Positions 1-13,241 of a stretch of DNA of 64,000 nt are shown here, piece by piece (the first letter of the stretch is position 1; each line of letters starts with the position of its first letter). The notes below the pieces were generated by a model. That model ran no database searches. It was not told where the DNA came from and saw only the letters and a program-made list of their open reading frames with translations. The DNA comes from the human T2T-CHM13v2.0 reference genome, Homo sapiens, in assembly GCF_009914755.1 (NCBI RefSeq), contig NC_060925.1, one strand, 5' to 3'. The position numbers were made by a program, and so were the translations under genes.

Positions 1-849
1 ATGGTGCCTGAGTGTGTAGGAGAGCCTTACTTGACCTTGTGCTAATCTCTGCATGTGTGCCAACTTGAGTCCACCAGTGTTTTGCAGGCTTTATCCTATC
101 TTTGATTGTTAGGAACCTCTCTTTGACTGATAAAATTGTGGTCTATTATTTTTCAGCTTGATTCAGACCCGGTGGCCCCTCTCTGCTGGGTAAGCCTTTG
201 CTAGGCTCTCAGTAGTTCTGAAGACATTTTGAGTTTCTATGAAACACTTCATCTGGCACCTGGTTTATCTCTGCCTCTGAAAAATACCTGCATGACCAAG
301 AACTATTGTATAATGACACCTGGCTTCCACTATGGCTCCATAGGATTCTTACCAGTTCTCGTATCTGTGTCCATGCCACACACCAGCAAAGGGACCCGCT
401 AAATTACAAAATAGACCCTCTTTGTGGTTGACCATGATTCCCATGTTAGCATGGATTTGTTCTGTATGGTGACCTCTTCAGATCACTAATGGGGACTACA
501 GCTAGAGTCCTCCCCATCTACGATTTTCAAGCTATCAATTTCTCATGAATCTGTATCTTCAATCCAATATCTCACCAACTTCGCTCTCATCTTCAGTTGT
601 CTCTACTCATAATTATCCCTGGATGAAAAAGGAGTAAAGTTCCCTTTTACTGCTTCTATGTTACATCCTGAGGTAGCTTCCTTTCATTATGGAATAAATT
701 CTATGATGTGATCCAAAAGCCCAGTGCTTTATATTTCAAATAGGAGGTAAAGGATTAAAAAACAAATAGAAAAATAAAACAAACCAACTTTTTACTTTTA
801 AAATACTGTTTAACCTGCTATAACATAATATTGAATTTTTATTTCTCTA

Positions 850-2210
850 GGAATTTCTTTTATAGCAATCCTAATGCCCATTTCAAGCCCCTCAAACATA
901 CAACAAAAAGGAACAAAAAGCAGAAACAAAATTCTTCAGTAAGAGAACAGTAAGATTAAGCAGATTGGTAAGGAGGACAAATGCAAGATATAATACAGAA
1001 ATCAATGGCTTTTTTATACTAGCAATGTGGCTTGAAATTGAAATGGTATGAAATTATACATTTACAATAACAACAAAAACTATCAGATACTAAGGTGTTA
1101 ATTTAACAAGAAAATTCAAGATCTAAGTGAAGAACAACATGAAAAGCTTATTATTAAGGGGCACAAAACCAAAACAAGCAAATGAAGATCTATACTATAT
1201 TCTTAGATGGGAAAACTTAGTATCATTAAAATGTAAGTTTCCCCAAAAATTAATATATATTTTTTAGTTCCAACACCACAGATTTTTTAAAGGGATATGG
1301 ATAAAGTATCTTAAAGTTAGTATATCAGAATTATAGGAACTCATAAAGAAACAGGTAATGGAAGAATATTCATTCCACCTGATATTAAAAATTATTATAT
1401 ATTTTCTGCAATTCAATTGTATTGTCATAGGAAGAAAAAATAGATCAATGGAACAAAACTAGTAGTTTAGAAATATAACACAGCATAAGTGGAGATCCAC
1501 TATTTGACAAAGGTGGTTTTAATTAATCAGCAAATATATAATTTATTTAATAAAGAATGTTGGAACAACTGGCCATCCATCTGGCAATACATAAAGCTGA
1601 ACTGGTACCTCATACATGAAGAGATACAAAAATAAATCCAAATGTGTTAAGAAACTAAATGTAAAATGAAATACATAAAGAAAGATAGATATGCGAATAT
1701 AACTTTGGATAGGGAAAACTTCTTAAACAAAATGAAAAATCCAGAAGTTTTAAAAGATAAGATAGCTATATTTAACTATGTAGAAATTAAACATTTTTTG
1801 TATGGAAAATAATACCACAAAACAGTAAAAAATAGATTAAAAAATATTTTCAACATATTTAACAGAAAAAAAAATTGCTAACCATAGTACAAAAAGAACT
1901 TTTTCCAAATTCATAAGAAAAAGTCAAACCACTTAATAGAGAAATAATCAAATAATACGAACACATAAATAACTGGAGAACAAATCCAAATGTAATTAAT
2001 ATACAGTCAGTAGACATATAACCTCATCAGTAGGCAAGGAAATATAAGCTAATATCATTAAGACATTTCTGGTAATTACCAGACTGGCAAAATTAAAACC
2101 AAAGGAGAGCTAAAGACCTTTCTGGTGAGAATGGACACAGAACAGAATAAAAGAAAAATAATTTTTCCCTGTGGTAAATAATGTCAATATATATTAAAAA
2201 TACAAATAAC
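850..2210 (+). mobile_element. Ancient L1 (L1M/L1ME-type) ORF2 3' half remnant
   Basis: Decayed ORF2 landmarks in the expected order: aaatcaatggcttttttatactagcaa (~1000), tagatcaatggaacaaa (1441), tttgacaaagg (1504), tggaacaactggccatccat (1561). No ORF left; ends approximate. Confidence 0.7.
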
Positions 2211-2213
2211 CTT

Positions 2214-2338
2214 TGTATCAGTCAGCATTCTGGGCTGTAATAAGAGAAATGGGTCCTGAAATTTAAATAGGAAAGCAACTTATTGACAGAATATCAATCA
2301 TTTACAGAATTTACAAAAAGACTAAAGAATGAAACAAT
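2214..2338. mobile_element. Old MLT1 (MaLR) LTR fragment, interrupted by the L1PA7; probably resumes after 8801
   Basis: tgtatcagtcagcattctgggctgtaataagagaaa...aggaaagcaacttattg resembles MLT1J/K/L termini. Confidence 0.4.
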
Positions 2339-3694
2339 GAAAATGGGCAAGGAAGAGACCTGGGCAAGATGGCCAAATAGGACCAGCTCCTTTCTGCAGC
2401 TCCCAAGGAGATCAATGCAGAAGGCGGGTGATTTCTGCATTTCCAACTGAGGTACTTGGCTCATCTCATTGGGACTGGTTAGACAGTGGGTGCAGCCCAT
2501 GGAGGGCAAGCAGAAATAGGGTAAGGCATCGCCTCACCCAGGAAGCACAAAGGGTTGGGGAACTCCCTCTCCTAACCAAAGGAAGCTGTGAGGGACTGTG
2601 CCCCAAGGAATGGTGTATTCCAGCCCAGATACTACATTTTTCCCACAGTCTTTGCAACCCACAGACCAGAAGATTCCCTCCGGTGCCTACACCACTAGGG
2701 CCCTGGGTTTCAAACACAAAACTGGGCGGCCATTTGAGCAGACACTGAGCTAGCTGCAGGAGTTTTTTTTCGTACCCCAGTGGCACCTGGAATGCCAGCG
2801 AGACAGAATCATTCACTCCCCTGGAAAGGGGACTGAAGCCAGGGAGCCAAGTAGTCTAGCTTAGCAGATCCCACCCCCATGGAGCCCAGCAAGCTAAGAT
2901 CCACTGGCTTGAAATTCTCACTGCCAGCACAGCAGTCTGAAGTCCATCTGGGATGCTCAAGCTAGGTTGGGGGAGGGGTGTCTGCCATTATTGAGGCTTG
3001 AGTAGGCAGTTTTCCCCTCACAGTGTAAACAAAGCCACTGGGAAGTTCAGACTGGGCAGAGCCCACCACAACACCTCAAAGCCCCTGTAGCCAGACTGCC
3101 TCTCTAGATTCCTCCTCTTTGAGAAGGACATCTCTGGAAGAAAGGCAGCAGCCCCAGTCAGGTGATAATAAATAAAACTCCCATTTCCCTGTACAGAAAC
3201 CTGGGAGAAGGGGCAGCTGTGGGTGCAGCTTCAGCAGACCTAAACATTGCTGCCTGCCAGCTCTGAAGAGAGCAGCAGATCTCCCAGCACAGTGCTCCAG
3301 CTCTGCTAAGGGACAGACTGCCTCCTCAAGTGGGTCCCTGACCCCCGTGCCTCCTGACTGGGAGACACCTCCCAGCAGGGGTCAACAGACACCTCATACA
3401 GGAGAGCTCTGGCTGTCATCTGGCAGATTCCCCTCTGGGATGAAGCTTCCTTAGTAAGGAACAGGCAGCAATATTTGCTGTTCTGCAGCCTCTGCTGGTG
3501 ATACCCAGGCAAACAGGGTCTGGAGTGGAACTCCAACACACTCCAGCAGACCTGCAGCAGAGGGGCCTGACTATTAGAAAGAAAACTAACAAACAGAAAG
3601 GAATAGCATCAATATCAACAAAAAGGATGTCCATATAAAAATCTCATCTGAAGGTCACCAACATCAAAGACCAAAGGTAGATAAATCCACAAAG

Positions 3695-4683
3695 ATGAGA
3701 AAAAAACAGTGCAAAAAGGCTGAAAATTCCAAAAACCAGTACAGCTCTTCTCCTCCAAAGGATCACAACTCCTCATCAGCAAGGGAGCAAAACTGGACAG
3801 AGAATGAGTTTGACGAATTGACAGAAGTAGGCTTCAGAAGGTGTGTAATAACAAACTCCTCCAAGCTAAAAAAGCATGCTCTAACCCAATGCAAGGAAGC
3901 AAATAACCTTGAAAAAAGGTTAGAGGAATTGCTAACTAGAATAACCAGTTTAGAGAAGAACATAAATGACCTGATGGAGCTGAAAAACACAGCACGAGAA
4001 CTTAGTGAAGCATACACAAGTATCAATAGCTGAATCAATCAAGAAGAAAAAAGGATATCAGAGATTGAAGATCAACTTAATGAAATAAAGCAGGAAGACA
4101 AGATTAGAGAAAAAAGAAAAGGAATGAAAAAAACTTCCAAGATATGTGGGATTGTTTGAAAAGACCAAACCTACGTTTGATTAGTGTATCTGAAAGTAAC
4201 AGGGAAAATGGAACCAAGTTGGAAAACACTCTTCAGGATATTATCCAGGAGAAATTCCCCAACCTAGCAAGACAGGCCAATATTCAAATTCAGGAAATAC
4301 AGAGAACACCACAAAGATACTCCTTGAGAAGAGCAACCCCAAGACACATAATCGTCAGATTGAACAAGGTTGAAATGAAGGAAAAAATGTTAAGGGCAGC
4401 CAGAGAGAAGGTCCGGTTACCAACAAAGGGAAGCCTGTCTCTCTGCAGATCTCTCTGCAGAAACCCTGCAAGCCAGAGGATAGTGGGGGCCAATAGGCCC
4501 AGAATTTCATATCCAGCCAAACTGAGGTTCATAAGTGAAGGAGAAATAAAATCCTTTACATACAAGCAAATACTGAGAGATTTTGTCACCACCAGTCCTC
4601 CCTTACAAGAGCTCCTGAAGGAAGCACTAAGCATGGAAAGGAAAAACTGGTACCAGCCACTGCAAAAATATACCAAATTGTAA
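3695..4683 (+). pseudogene. L1 ORF1p, disrupted
   Basis: ORF fragments 3695-4033 and 4144-4683 match ORF1p (MRKKQCKKAENSK, RPNLRLI, ARQANIQIQEIQRTPQRY); internal stop at 4031-4033, frameshifts and small rearrangements near 4435-4500. Confidence 0.93.
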
Positions 4684-4745
4684 AGATATCGACACTATGA
4701 AGAAACTGCATCAACTAACGGGCAAAATAACCAGCTAACATCATA

Positions 4746-7700
4746 ATGACAGGATCAAATTCACACAAAACAATACTAATCTTAAATGTAAATGGGTTAA
4801 ATGCCCCAATTAAGAGATACAGACTGGCAAATTGGATAAAGAGTCAAGATTCATCAGTGTGCTGTATTCAGGAGACACATCTCACGTGCAAAGACACACA
4901 TAGGCTCAAAATGAAGGGATGGAGGTATATTTACCAAGCAAGGGGAAAGCAAAAAAAGCAGGAGTTGCAATCCTAGTCTCTGATAAAACCGACTTTAAAC
5001 CAACAAAGATCAAAAAAGACAAAGAAAAACATTACATAATGGTAAAGGGATTAATGAAACAAGAAGAGCTAACTAACCTACATATATATGCACCCAATGC
5101 AGGAGCACCCAAATTCATAAAGCAAGCTCTTAGAGATCTACAAAGAGACTTAGACTCCCACACAATAATAGTGGGAGGCTTTAACACCCCACTGTCAATA
5201 TTAGATTAATGAGACAGAAAACTAACAAGGCTATTCAGTACTTGAACACAGCTCTGGACCATGTGGACCTGATAGACAACTACAGAACTCTCCACCCCAA
5301 ATCAACAGAATATACATTCTTCTCAGCACCACATCACACTTATTCTAAAATTGACCACACGATTGGAAGTAAAACACTCCCCAGCAAATGCAAAAGAACA
5401 GAATTCATAACAAACAGTCTCTCAGGCCACAGTGCAATCAAATTAGAGCTCGGGATTAAGAAACTCACTCAAAACTGCACAACTACATATAAACTAAACA
5501 ACCTGCTCCTGAATGACTACTGGGTAAATAACGAAATTAAGGCAGAAATAAATAAGTTCTTTGAAACCAATGAGAACAAAGATACAATGTACCAGAATCT
5601 CTGAGACAAGGCTAAACCAGTGTGTTTACAGGGAAATTTGTAGCACTAAATGCCCACAAGAGAAAGTGGGAAAGATCTAAACTCAACACCTTAACATCAC
5701 AATTAAAATAATTAAAATCAAAAGCTAACAAATTCAAAAGCTAGCAGAATACAAGAAATAACTAAGATCAGAGCAGAAGTGAATGAGATAGAGACATGAA
5801 AAAACCTTCAAAAAATCAGTGAATCCAGGAGCAGGTTTTTTGGAAAGATTAACAGAATAGATAGACTGGGAGCGAGACTAATAAAGAAGAAAAGAGACAA
5901 GAATCAAATAGAAATAATAAAAACCGATAAAGGGGATATCACCACTGATCCCACAGAAATACAAACTACCATCAGAGAATACTATAAACACCTCTACACA
6001 AATAAACTAGAAAATCTAGAAGAAATTGATAAATTCCTGGACACATATACCTTCCCAAGACTAAACCAGGAAGAAGTTGAATCCCGGAATAGAACAATAA
6101 TGAGTTCTGAAATTGAGGCAGTAATTAACAGCCTACCAACCAAAAAAAACGCCCAGGACCAGACTGATTCACACCCAAATTCTACTAGAGGTACAAAGAG
6201 GAGCTGATACCATTCCTTCTGAAACTATTCCAAACAACAGAAAAAGAAGGACTCCTCTCTAACTGATTTTATAAGGCCAGCATCATCCTGATACCAAAAC
6301 CTGGCAGAGACACAACAAAAAAAGAAATTTCAGGCCAATATCCCTGATGAACATCAATGTGAAAATTCTTAATAAAATACTGGCAAACCGAATCCAGCAG
6401 CACATCAAAAAGCTTATCCACCACAATCAAGTCAGCTTCATCCCTAGGATGCAAGGCTGGTTCAACATATGCAAATCAGTAAACATAATCCATCACATAA
6501 ACAGAACCAGTGACAAAAACCACATGATTATCTCAATAGATGCAGAAAAGGACTTTGATAAAATTCAACACTGCTTCATGCTAAAAACTCTCAATAAACT
6601 AGGTATTGATGGAATGTATCTCGAAATTAATAAGAGATATTTATGACAAACCCACAGCCAATATCATACTGAATGGGCAAAAGCTGGAAGCATTCCCTTT
6701 GAAAACCAGCACAAGACAAGGATGCCCTGTCTCACCACTCCTATTCAACATAGTATTGGAAGTTCTGGCCAGGGCAATCAGGGAAGAGAAAGAAATAAAG
6801 GTTATTCAAATAGGAAGAAAGGAAGTCAAATTGTCACTGTTTGCAGATGACATGATTGCATATTTAGAAAACCCCATCATCTCAACCCCAAATCTCCTTA
6901 AGCTAATAAGCAACTTCAGCAAAGTCTCAGGATACAAAAATCAAATGTGTGAAAATCACAAGCATTCCTATACACCAATAATAGACAGAGATCCAAATAA
7001 TGAGTGGACTCCCATTCACAATTGCTACAAAGAGAATAAAATACCTAGGAATACAACTTACAAGGGATGTAAAGGACCTCTTCAGGGAGAGCTACAAACC
7101 ACTGCTCAACAAAATAAAAGAAGACACAAATAAATGGAAAAATATTCCATGGTCATGGATAGGAGGAATCAATATCATGAAAATTGCCATACTGTCCAAA
7201 GTAATTTATAGATTCAGTGCTATCCCCATCAAGCTACCATTGACTTTCTTCACAGAATTAGAAAAAATTGCTTTAAATTTCATATGGAACCAAAAAGGAG
7301 CCTGTATAGCCAAGACAATCCTGGGCAAAAAGAACAAAGCTGGAGGTGTCACGCTACCTGACTTCAAACTAAACTACAAGGCTGCAGTAACAAAAACAGC
7401 ATGGTACTGGTACCAAAATAGATATGTGGGCCAATGAGAAAGAAGAGAGGCCTCAGAAATAATCTCACACATCTACAACCATCTGATCTTTGACAAACCA
7501 GACAAAAACAAGCAATGGGGAAAGTATTCCCTATTTAATAAATGGGGTTGAGAAAACTGGCTAGCCATACGCAGAAAACTGAAACTAGACCCCTTCCTTA
7601 TACCTTATACAAACCTTAACTTGAGATGGATTAAAGACTTAAACATAAGATCTAAAACCATAAAAACCCTAGAAGAAAACCTAGGCAATACCATTCAGGA

Positions 7701-8563
7701 CGTAATTATGGACAAAGAATTCATGGCTAAGACACCAAAAGCAATGGCAACAAAAAACAAAATTGACAAATGGAATCTAATTAAACTAAAGAGCTTCTGC
7801 AGAGCAAAAAGAAACTATCATCAGAGTGAACAGGCAACCTATGGAATGGGAGAACATTTTTGCAATCTATCCATCTGATAAAGGGCTAATATCCAGAATC
7901 TACAAGAAACTTAAACAAATTTACAAGAAAAAAAAACAACCCCATTAAAAAGTGGGCAAAGGACATGAACAGACACTTCTCAAAAGGAGACATTTATGCA
8001 GCCAATAAACATATGAAAAAAAGCTCATCATCACTGGTCATTAGAGAAATGCAAATCAAAACCAAAAAGAGATACCACCTCATGCCAGTTAGAATGGCGA
8101 TCATTAAAACATCAGGAAACAGATGCTGGAGAGGATGTGGAGAAATAGGAACACCTTTACACTGTTGGTGGGAGTGTAAATTAGTTCAACCATTGTGGAA
8201 GGCAGTGTGGTGATTCCTCAAGGATCTAGAACCAGAAATACCATTTGACCCAGCAATTCCATTACTGGGTATATACTCAAGGGTTGTAAATCATTCTACT
8301 ATAAAGACTCATGCACACGTATGTTTATTGCAGCACTGTTCACAATAGCAAAGACTTGGAACCAACCAAAATGCTCATCAGTGATAGACTGGATAAAGAA
8401 AATGTGGCACATATATACTATGGAATACTATGCAGCCATAAAAAAGGATGAGTTCATGTCCTTTGCAGGGACATGGATGAAGCTAGAAACCATCATTCTC
8501 AGCAAACTAACACAGGAACAGTAAACCAAACACTGCATGTACTCACTTATAAGTGGGAGTTGA
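4746..8563 (+). pseudogene. L1 ORF2p (endonuclease / reverse transcriptase), disrupted
   Basis: MTGSNSH..LNVNGLN start, [36 protein letters not shown] and HCWWEC motifs spread over many frames by stops and frameshifts. Confidence 0.95.
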
Positions 8564-9263
8564 ACAGTGAGAACATATGGACACAGAGAGGGGAATATCA
8601 CACACCGGGGCCTGTTGGGGGGTAGGGAACTAGGGGAGGGATAGCATTAGGAGAAATACCTGATGTAGATGACCGGTTGATGGGTGCAGCAAACCAGCAT
8701 GGCACATGTGTAACTATGTAACAAACCTGCACGTTCTGTATATATATCCCAGAACTTAAAGTATAATAAATAATAGTAACAATAAAGAAAATGGGCAAGG
8801 ATCGTTGAAATCTAAACAGCTGGAAACACAGCCAAGGGAAAGCCCAGGAACACCCTGTTCAGAGAATCTCTGTCCTTGCCAATGGATACTGTATACCATT
8901 CTTGACAGCCAATTCAATTTTTTAAAAAGGAAGACTTCACACTCTCAGTTTTTAAAATCAGGGTTTTGTTTTGTTTTTAAATTTTTAACTACCCAAAAAT
9001 GTACTGAAGAAAGCAATGTCTCTTTAGGTGAAAACATACATTAAAAAGTTTTGAATTCCTTCTATTTCAGTTTAATTTCATTTTTTCAGAAAAAAGTCAA
9101 CTGAAAAAATTTTATGAAATATCAAAATGTATATATTAATATATGTACTCACACGTATGTAAATGATTTTTATTTATTTTAAATAAATATCTCTGGGTAG
9201 TAGGATAATTTAAGTAGTTTTTTACACATTTTAATGATGTGTAATTTTGTTACAGCAAGATGA

Positions 9264-9618
9264 TATATTAGTCTGTTTTCATGCTGCTGATAAAGACATA
9301 CCCAAGACTGGGCAATTTACAAAAAAAAAAAAAAAAAAAAAGACATTTATTGGACTTACAGTTCCACATGGCTTGAGAGGCCTCACAATCATGGCGGAAG
9401 GTAAAAGGCACATTTCACATGACAGCAGACAAGGGAAGAGAGCTTGTGCAGGGGACTCCCCTTTTTAAAACCATCAGATCTCATGAGACTTATCCACTAT
9501 CACAAGAACAACAGAGGAAAGACCTGCCCCATGATTCAATTACCTGCCACCAGGTCCCTCCAGAAACATGTAGGAATTCAAGATGAGATTTGGGTGGGTA
9601 TACAGCCAAACCATATCA
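9264..9618 (-). mobile_element. THE1A/B solo LTR (ERVL-MaLR)
   Basis: tatattagtctgttttcatgctgctgataaagacataccc ... gagatttgggtgggtatacagccaaaccatatca; TSD gatga/catga (9259-9263, 9619-9623); internal A21 run at 9321-9341. Confidence 0.92.
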
Positions 9619-9699
9619 CATGAGCTTTATTAAAACAATAATATCATTATTTTAGTTAAAATAAGAATGAATCATTGATTTATTTTTGAGAAAGAATAG

Positions 9700-10106
9700 C
9701 GTTACTTTAAATACGGACTAGTAAATAGCAGACTAGTTTTTCTCATAATAAAATATTTCTAGAGAGAGGGTCAGTTCCAAGTTTGGTTCCAAAGTTCAGC
9801 CCAGTCAAGGTCCTGAGTTGGATTTTTACAATTTTCTATTTTGGCCTTAAGGAGACTACAGTAGCACCAAGAATCTTGGACCACATAACTATTTTCAAAG
9901 GTAGGAAACACAGGGCATTGCCTCTCCCTTCTCAGAGACACCCATCAGCTTTCTCCTTTATCTCATTTTCACCCCTACATTATGCCTGACTCTCCTGACA
10001 TCAGGAGACCTCTGGATGACAGCAGAACAAAATCAGGACTCTGTTAACCAGGAATGGGGAGAAAGAAGTAATGGCCTTTGGAAAAGCAATCTACACTGTC
10101 TACTAT
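9700..10106. mobile_element. MLT1J/K-like MaLR LTR remnant
   Basis: End matches the MLT1 pattern aacaaaatcaggactctgttaaccaggaatgggg...aagcaatctacactgtctacta. Confidence 0.55.
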
Positions 10107-10130
10107 ATCCATTTGTTTAAATTTCCATAT

Positions 10131-10248
10131 AGGAAGAAATAGAGATGAGAGAGAATAAGAGAAAAGAGGAAAGAAGGAAAGGAGAGGAGAGGAGAGGAGG
10201 GACGGAGGGAGGGAGGGAGGCAGGAAGGAAGAAAAAGAAAGAAAGAAA

Positions 10249-10299
<51 letters not shown>

Positions 10300-10424
10300 G
10301 AAGGAAGGAAGGAAGGAAGGAAGGAAGGAAGGAAGGAAGGAAGGAAGGAAGGAAGGAAGGAAGAAAGAAAAAGAAAGAAAGAAGGAAGGAAGGAAAGAAA
10401 GAAGGAAAGAAAGAAAGAAAGAGA
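10131..10424 (+). repeat. Compound purine microsatellite (GGGA/GAAA/GGAA)n including (GGAA)16
   Basis: Read directly; uninterrupted GGAA run 10299-10362. Confidence 0.97.
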
Positions 10425-10575
10425 GGGCGAGCATTAGGACAAATAACTAATGTATGTGAGGCTTAAAACCTAGACGACGGGTTGATAGGTGCAGCAAACC
10501 AATATGGCACATGTATACCTATGTAACAAACCTGCGTGTCCTGCACATGTATCCCAGAACTTAAAGTAAAAGAAA
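10425..10575 (+). mobile_element. Very short 5'-truncated L1 3' end (L1PA8-like)
   Basis: gagcattaggacaaataactaatgtatgtgaggcttaaaacctagacgacgggttgataggtgcagcaaacc...cccagaacttaaagtaaaa. Confidence 0.9.
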
Positions 10576-10680
10576 AAAAGAAAGAAAGAAGAAGGAAGGA
10601 AGGAAGGAAGGAAGGAAGGAAGGAAGGAAGGAAGGAAGGAGGGAGGGAGGGAGGGAGGGAGGGAGGGAGGGAGGGAGAGA
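10576..10680 (+). repeat. Tail-derived microsatellite (GAAA)n(GGAA)11(GGGA)n
   Basis: Read directly; GGAA run 10594-10637. Confidence 0.97.
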
Positions 10681-11722
10681 AATGCTTCATAAACAGCTCT
10701 AAATTTCTATATATGTCTGTAACATGTTTACTTTTGTATCAACTATAATTAGGAATTTAAGATCTCAACTTATCTAATCATCCAAGGAAAAAGATTGGTA
10801 CTTTTATTAGATTGTTTGTTCTTTTGCTCTTCATTAATCCTTAGGAAGAGAGCTTGAATATTAATAACAGCTTCTCTTTACAATGTATTTCCTTGGCTTT
10901 TACTGTGAAGCAATGAAATTTTGGGGCTTAAAAAATTTAGACAATTGGCAGAGTCATAGTCCAATGATAGACTTGTCTCGAAAATGATGAGAATAAATGA
11001 TATTAAAATTAGTATTCAATATACACTTTATAATGTTTTCTATACTCTATAGAAATTATTTGCTGATAAACTTCAAAACCTGATACAGTATACTCAATTT
11101 TTCTTAAAAATCCAAATGTGACTTTTTTTTCTTGTGCACTTTTGCGTTACACTTTTGTAAACAATTTGGGATTGAGAAAGAAGTAGTAAATAGCAAAGAT
11201 AAGATTTAAGAGAAATTGGAAGGTGGTAATCAAATAACTTCATGCAGCAATGACTATGATTTTTTTTTCTTAGCTTTTGAATAAATTCTTAGCTGAACAA
11301 CTGATTCATTATATTGGTGAGGCAAACAGAAGCCTTTGTAAAACCAAAAAATAAGTTATAAAATACAATTATCACCTCAGGAAAATAAAATCAAGCAAGT
11401 TGAGGGAAGCTACTTTTAATCTCTGTGCACATTTCCAATCTAGAAAGGCTTGTTTTGCTTCTACATTAAGAGAAATTGGTGAGTCTTAAAGGAGCATTCT
11501 CATCAGAGTCTGATAAGATTGAGTTCGGAATAAGTAGGTAACAATTACAGATAATGAAAATGGTATCTAATTGCACCTAGATGTTTGGGATTTTTTTTCC
11601 AGGTCTTCATTTCTTTGTATAATCTTTTAAAGATGGCTCTTAGGAATCCCAGTTAACGTTTTACTGTTTTAATAAAGAGCTCCATTTTTGTACTAAATTA
11701 GAAGTAATAGTCATTTAGTTAA

Positions 11723-12081
<359 letters not shown>

Positions 12082-12887
12082 AGTGACAACCCAATAACTT
12101 TTAAGCAAAATACACAAAAGCGATTCCAGGACCTACAAACCAAAGGAAAGACTGGGAACACTGCGTTTCCTTTCCTTTATGGAGAATTGGACCAAGACAC
12201 TTAAAAGTATTAAAAGAAAGAATATTCAGGAAAACTGACAGTAAAGACAGTGCAAACAACAAAATATTAAGCTATAAAACCATATCAAAGTAAGTGAGGA
12301 GCTTGTATTTTGGCCAATAAACATGCAACCAAGTTCATTATTTTCTTTTTATCCCTCAACCTTGGTTAATTACTTGAGGTAAATATAATATTTGGGCAAA
12401 GATTAAAAACCAGATTGTAACATGTATGTCACTTAAGATCCAGTGTGGAAACAGTTTTAAACTTCATCTGGTTCTGATATGGTTTGAGCATGAACCAGTT
12501 ATTTGTTTCTTTTTTTATGATTCGTTTAACCTTAATTAAATAGTTTTGTGTCTTCTGTCATTGTTGGAATTCTTCTATTTTCAAATGTATAGGCAACAAC
12601 CTGGGGCTTTATTTGGTTGTTCTGAACTGGGCATTATAATAGGCTTTTGTTTGTGTATCTGGGAGAATGGAAATCTGGGTTGTAAGATTTAATTAAGAGA
12701 AGTCATTTTATAAAAGATTTGGTGATGTTCTTTCTCTGAGTGGTACTTCGGTAGAGCTGCTTCACAAGTAGTGAACATAGAAGACTGATTTGATTGTTGA
12801 AAAATGAATAAAATCTGCATCAAATCCCTCCAAACTAATTATGAGTTTGAGCCATTTTTTCTAACCCTATGGAATTCTAGTATCTAA

Positions 12888-13241
<354 letters not shown>

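Larger units (their letters stand above)
2354..8786 (+). mobile_element. Full-length LINE-1, L1PA7-like, inactive
   Basis: 5'UTR begins ...caagatggccaaataggaccagctcc; ORF1 and ORF2 fragments in order; 3'UTR gatagcattaggagaaatacctgatgtagatgaccggttgatgggtgcagcaaacc; perfect 15-bp TSD gaaaatgggcaagga at 2339-2353 and 8787-8801. Confidence 0.96.

Noticed and set aside
2354-8786. Active L1
   Set aside because: Both ORFs carry many stops and frameshifts and the 5'UTR CpGs have decayed.
9321-9341. A21 run in the THE1 LTR (and A16 at 45581) as retro-insertions
   Set aside because: No attached element or TSD; slippage of a native A-rich seed.
10117-10748. Lys/Glu/Arg-rich and Phe/Leu/Ser-rich ORFs
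   Set aside because: Translations of the GAAA/GGAA microsatellites.
11260-11610. Acceptor-like (11272, 11601) and donor-like (11317, 11479) sites
   Set aside because: Several alternative pairings, none clearly preferred; expected by chance in T-rich DNA.
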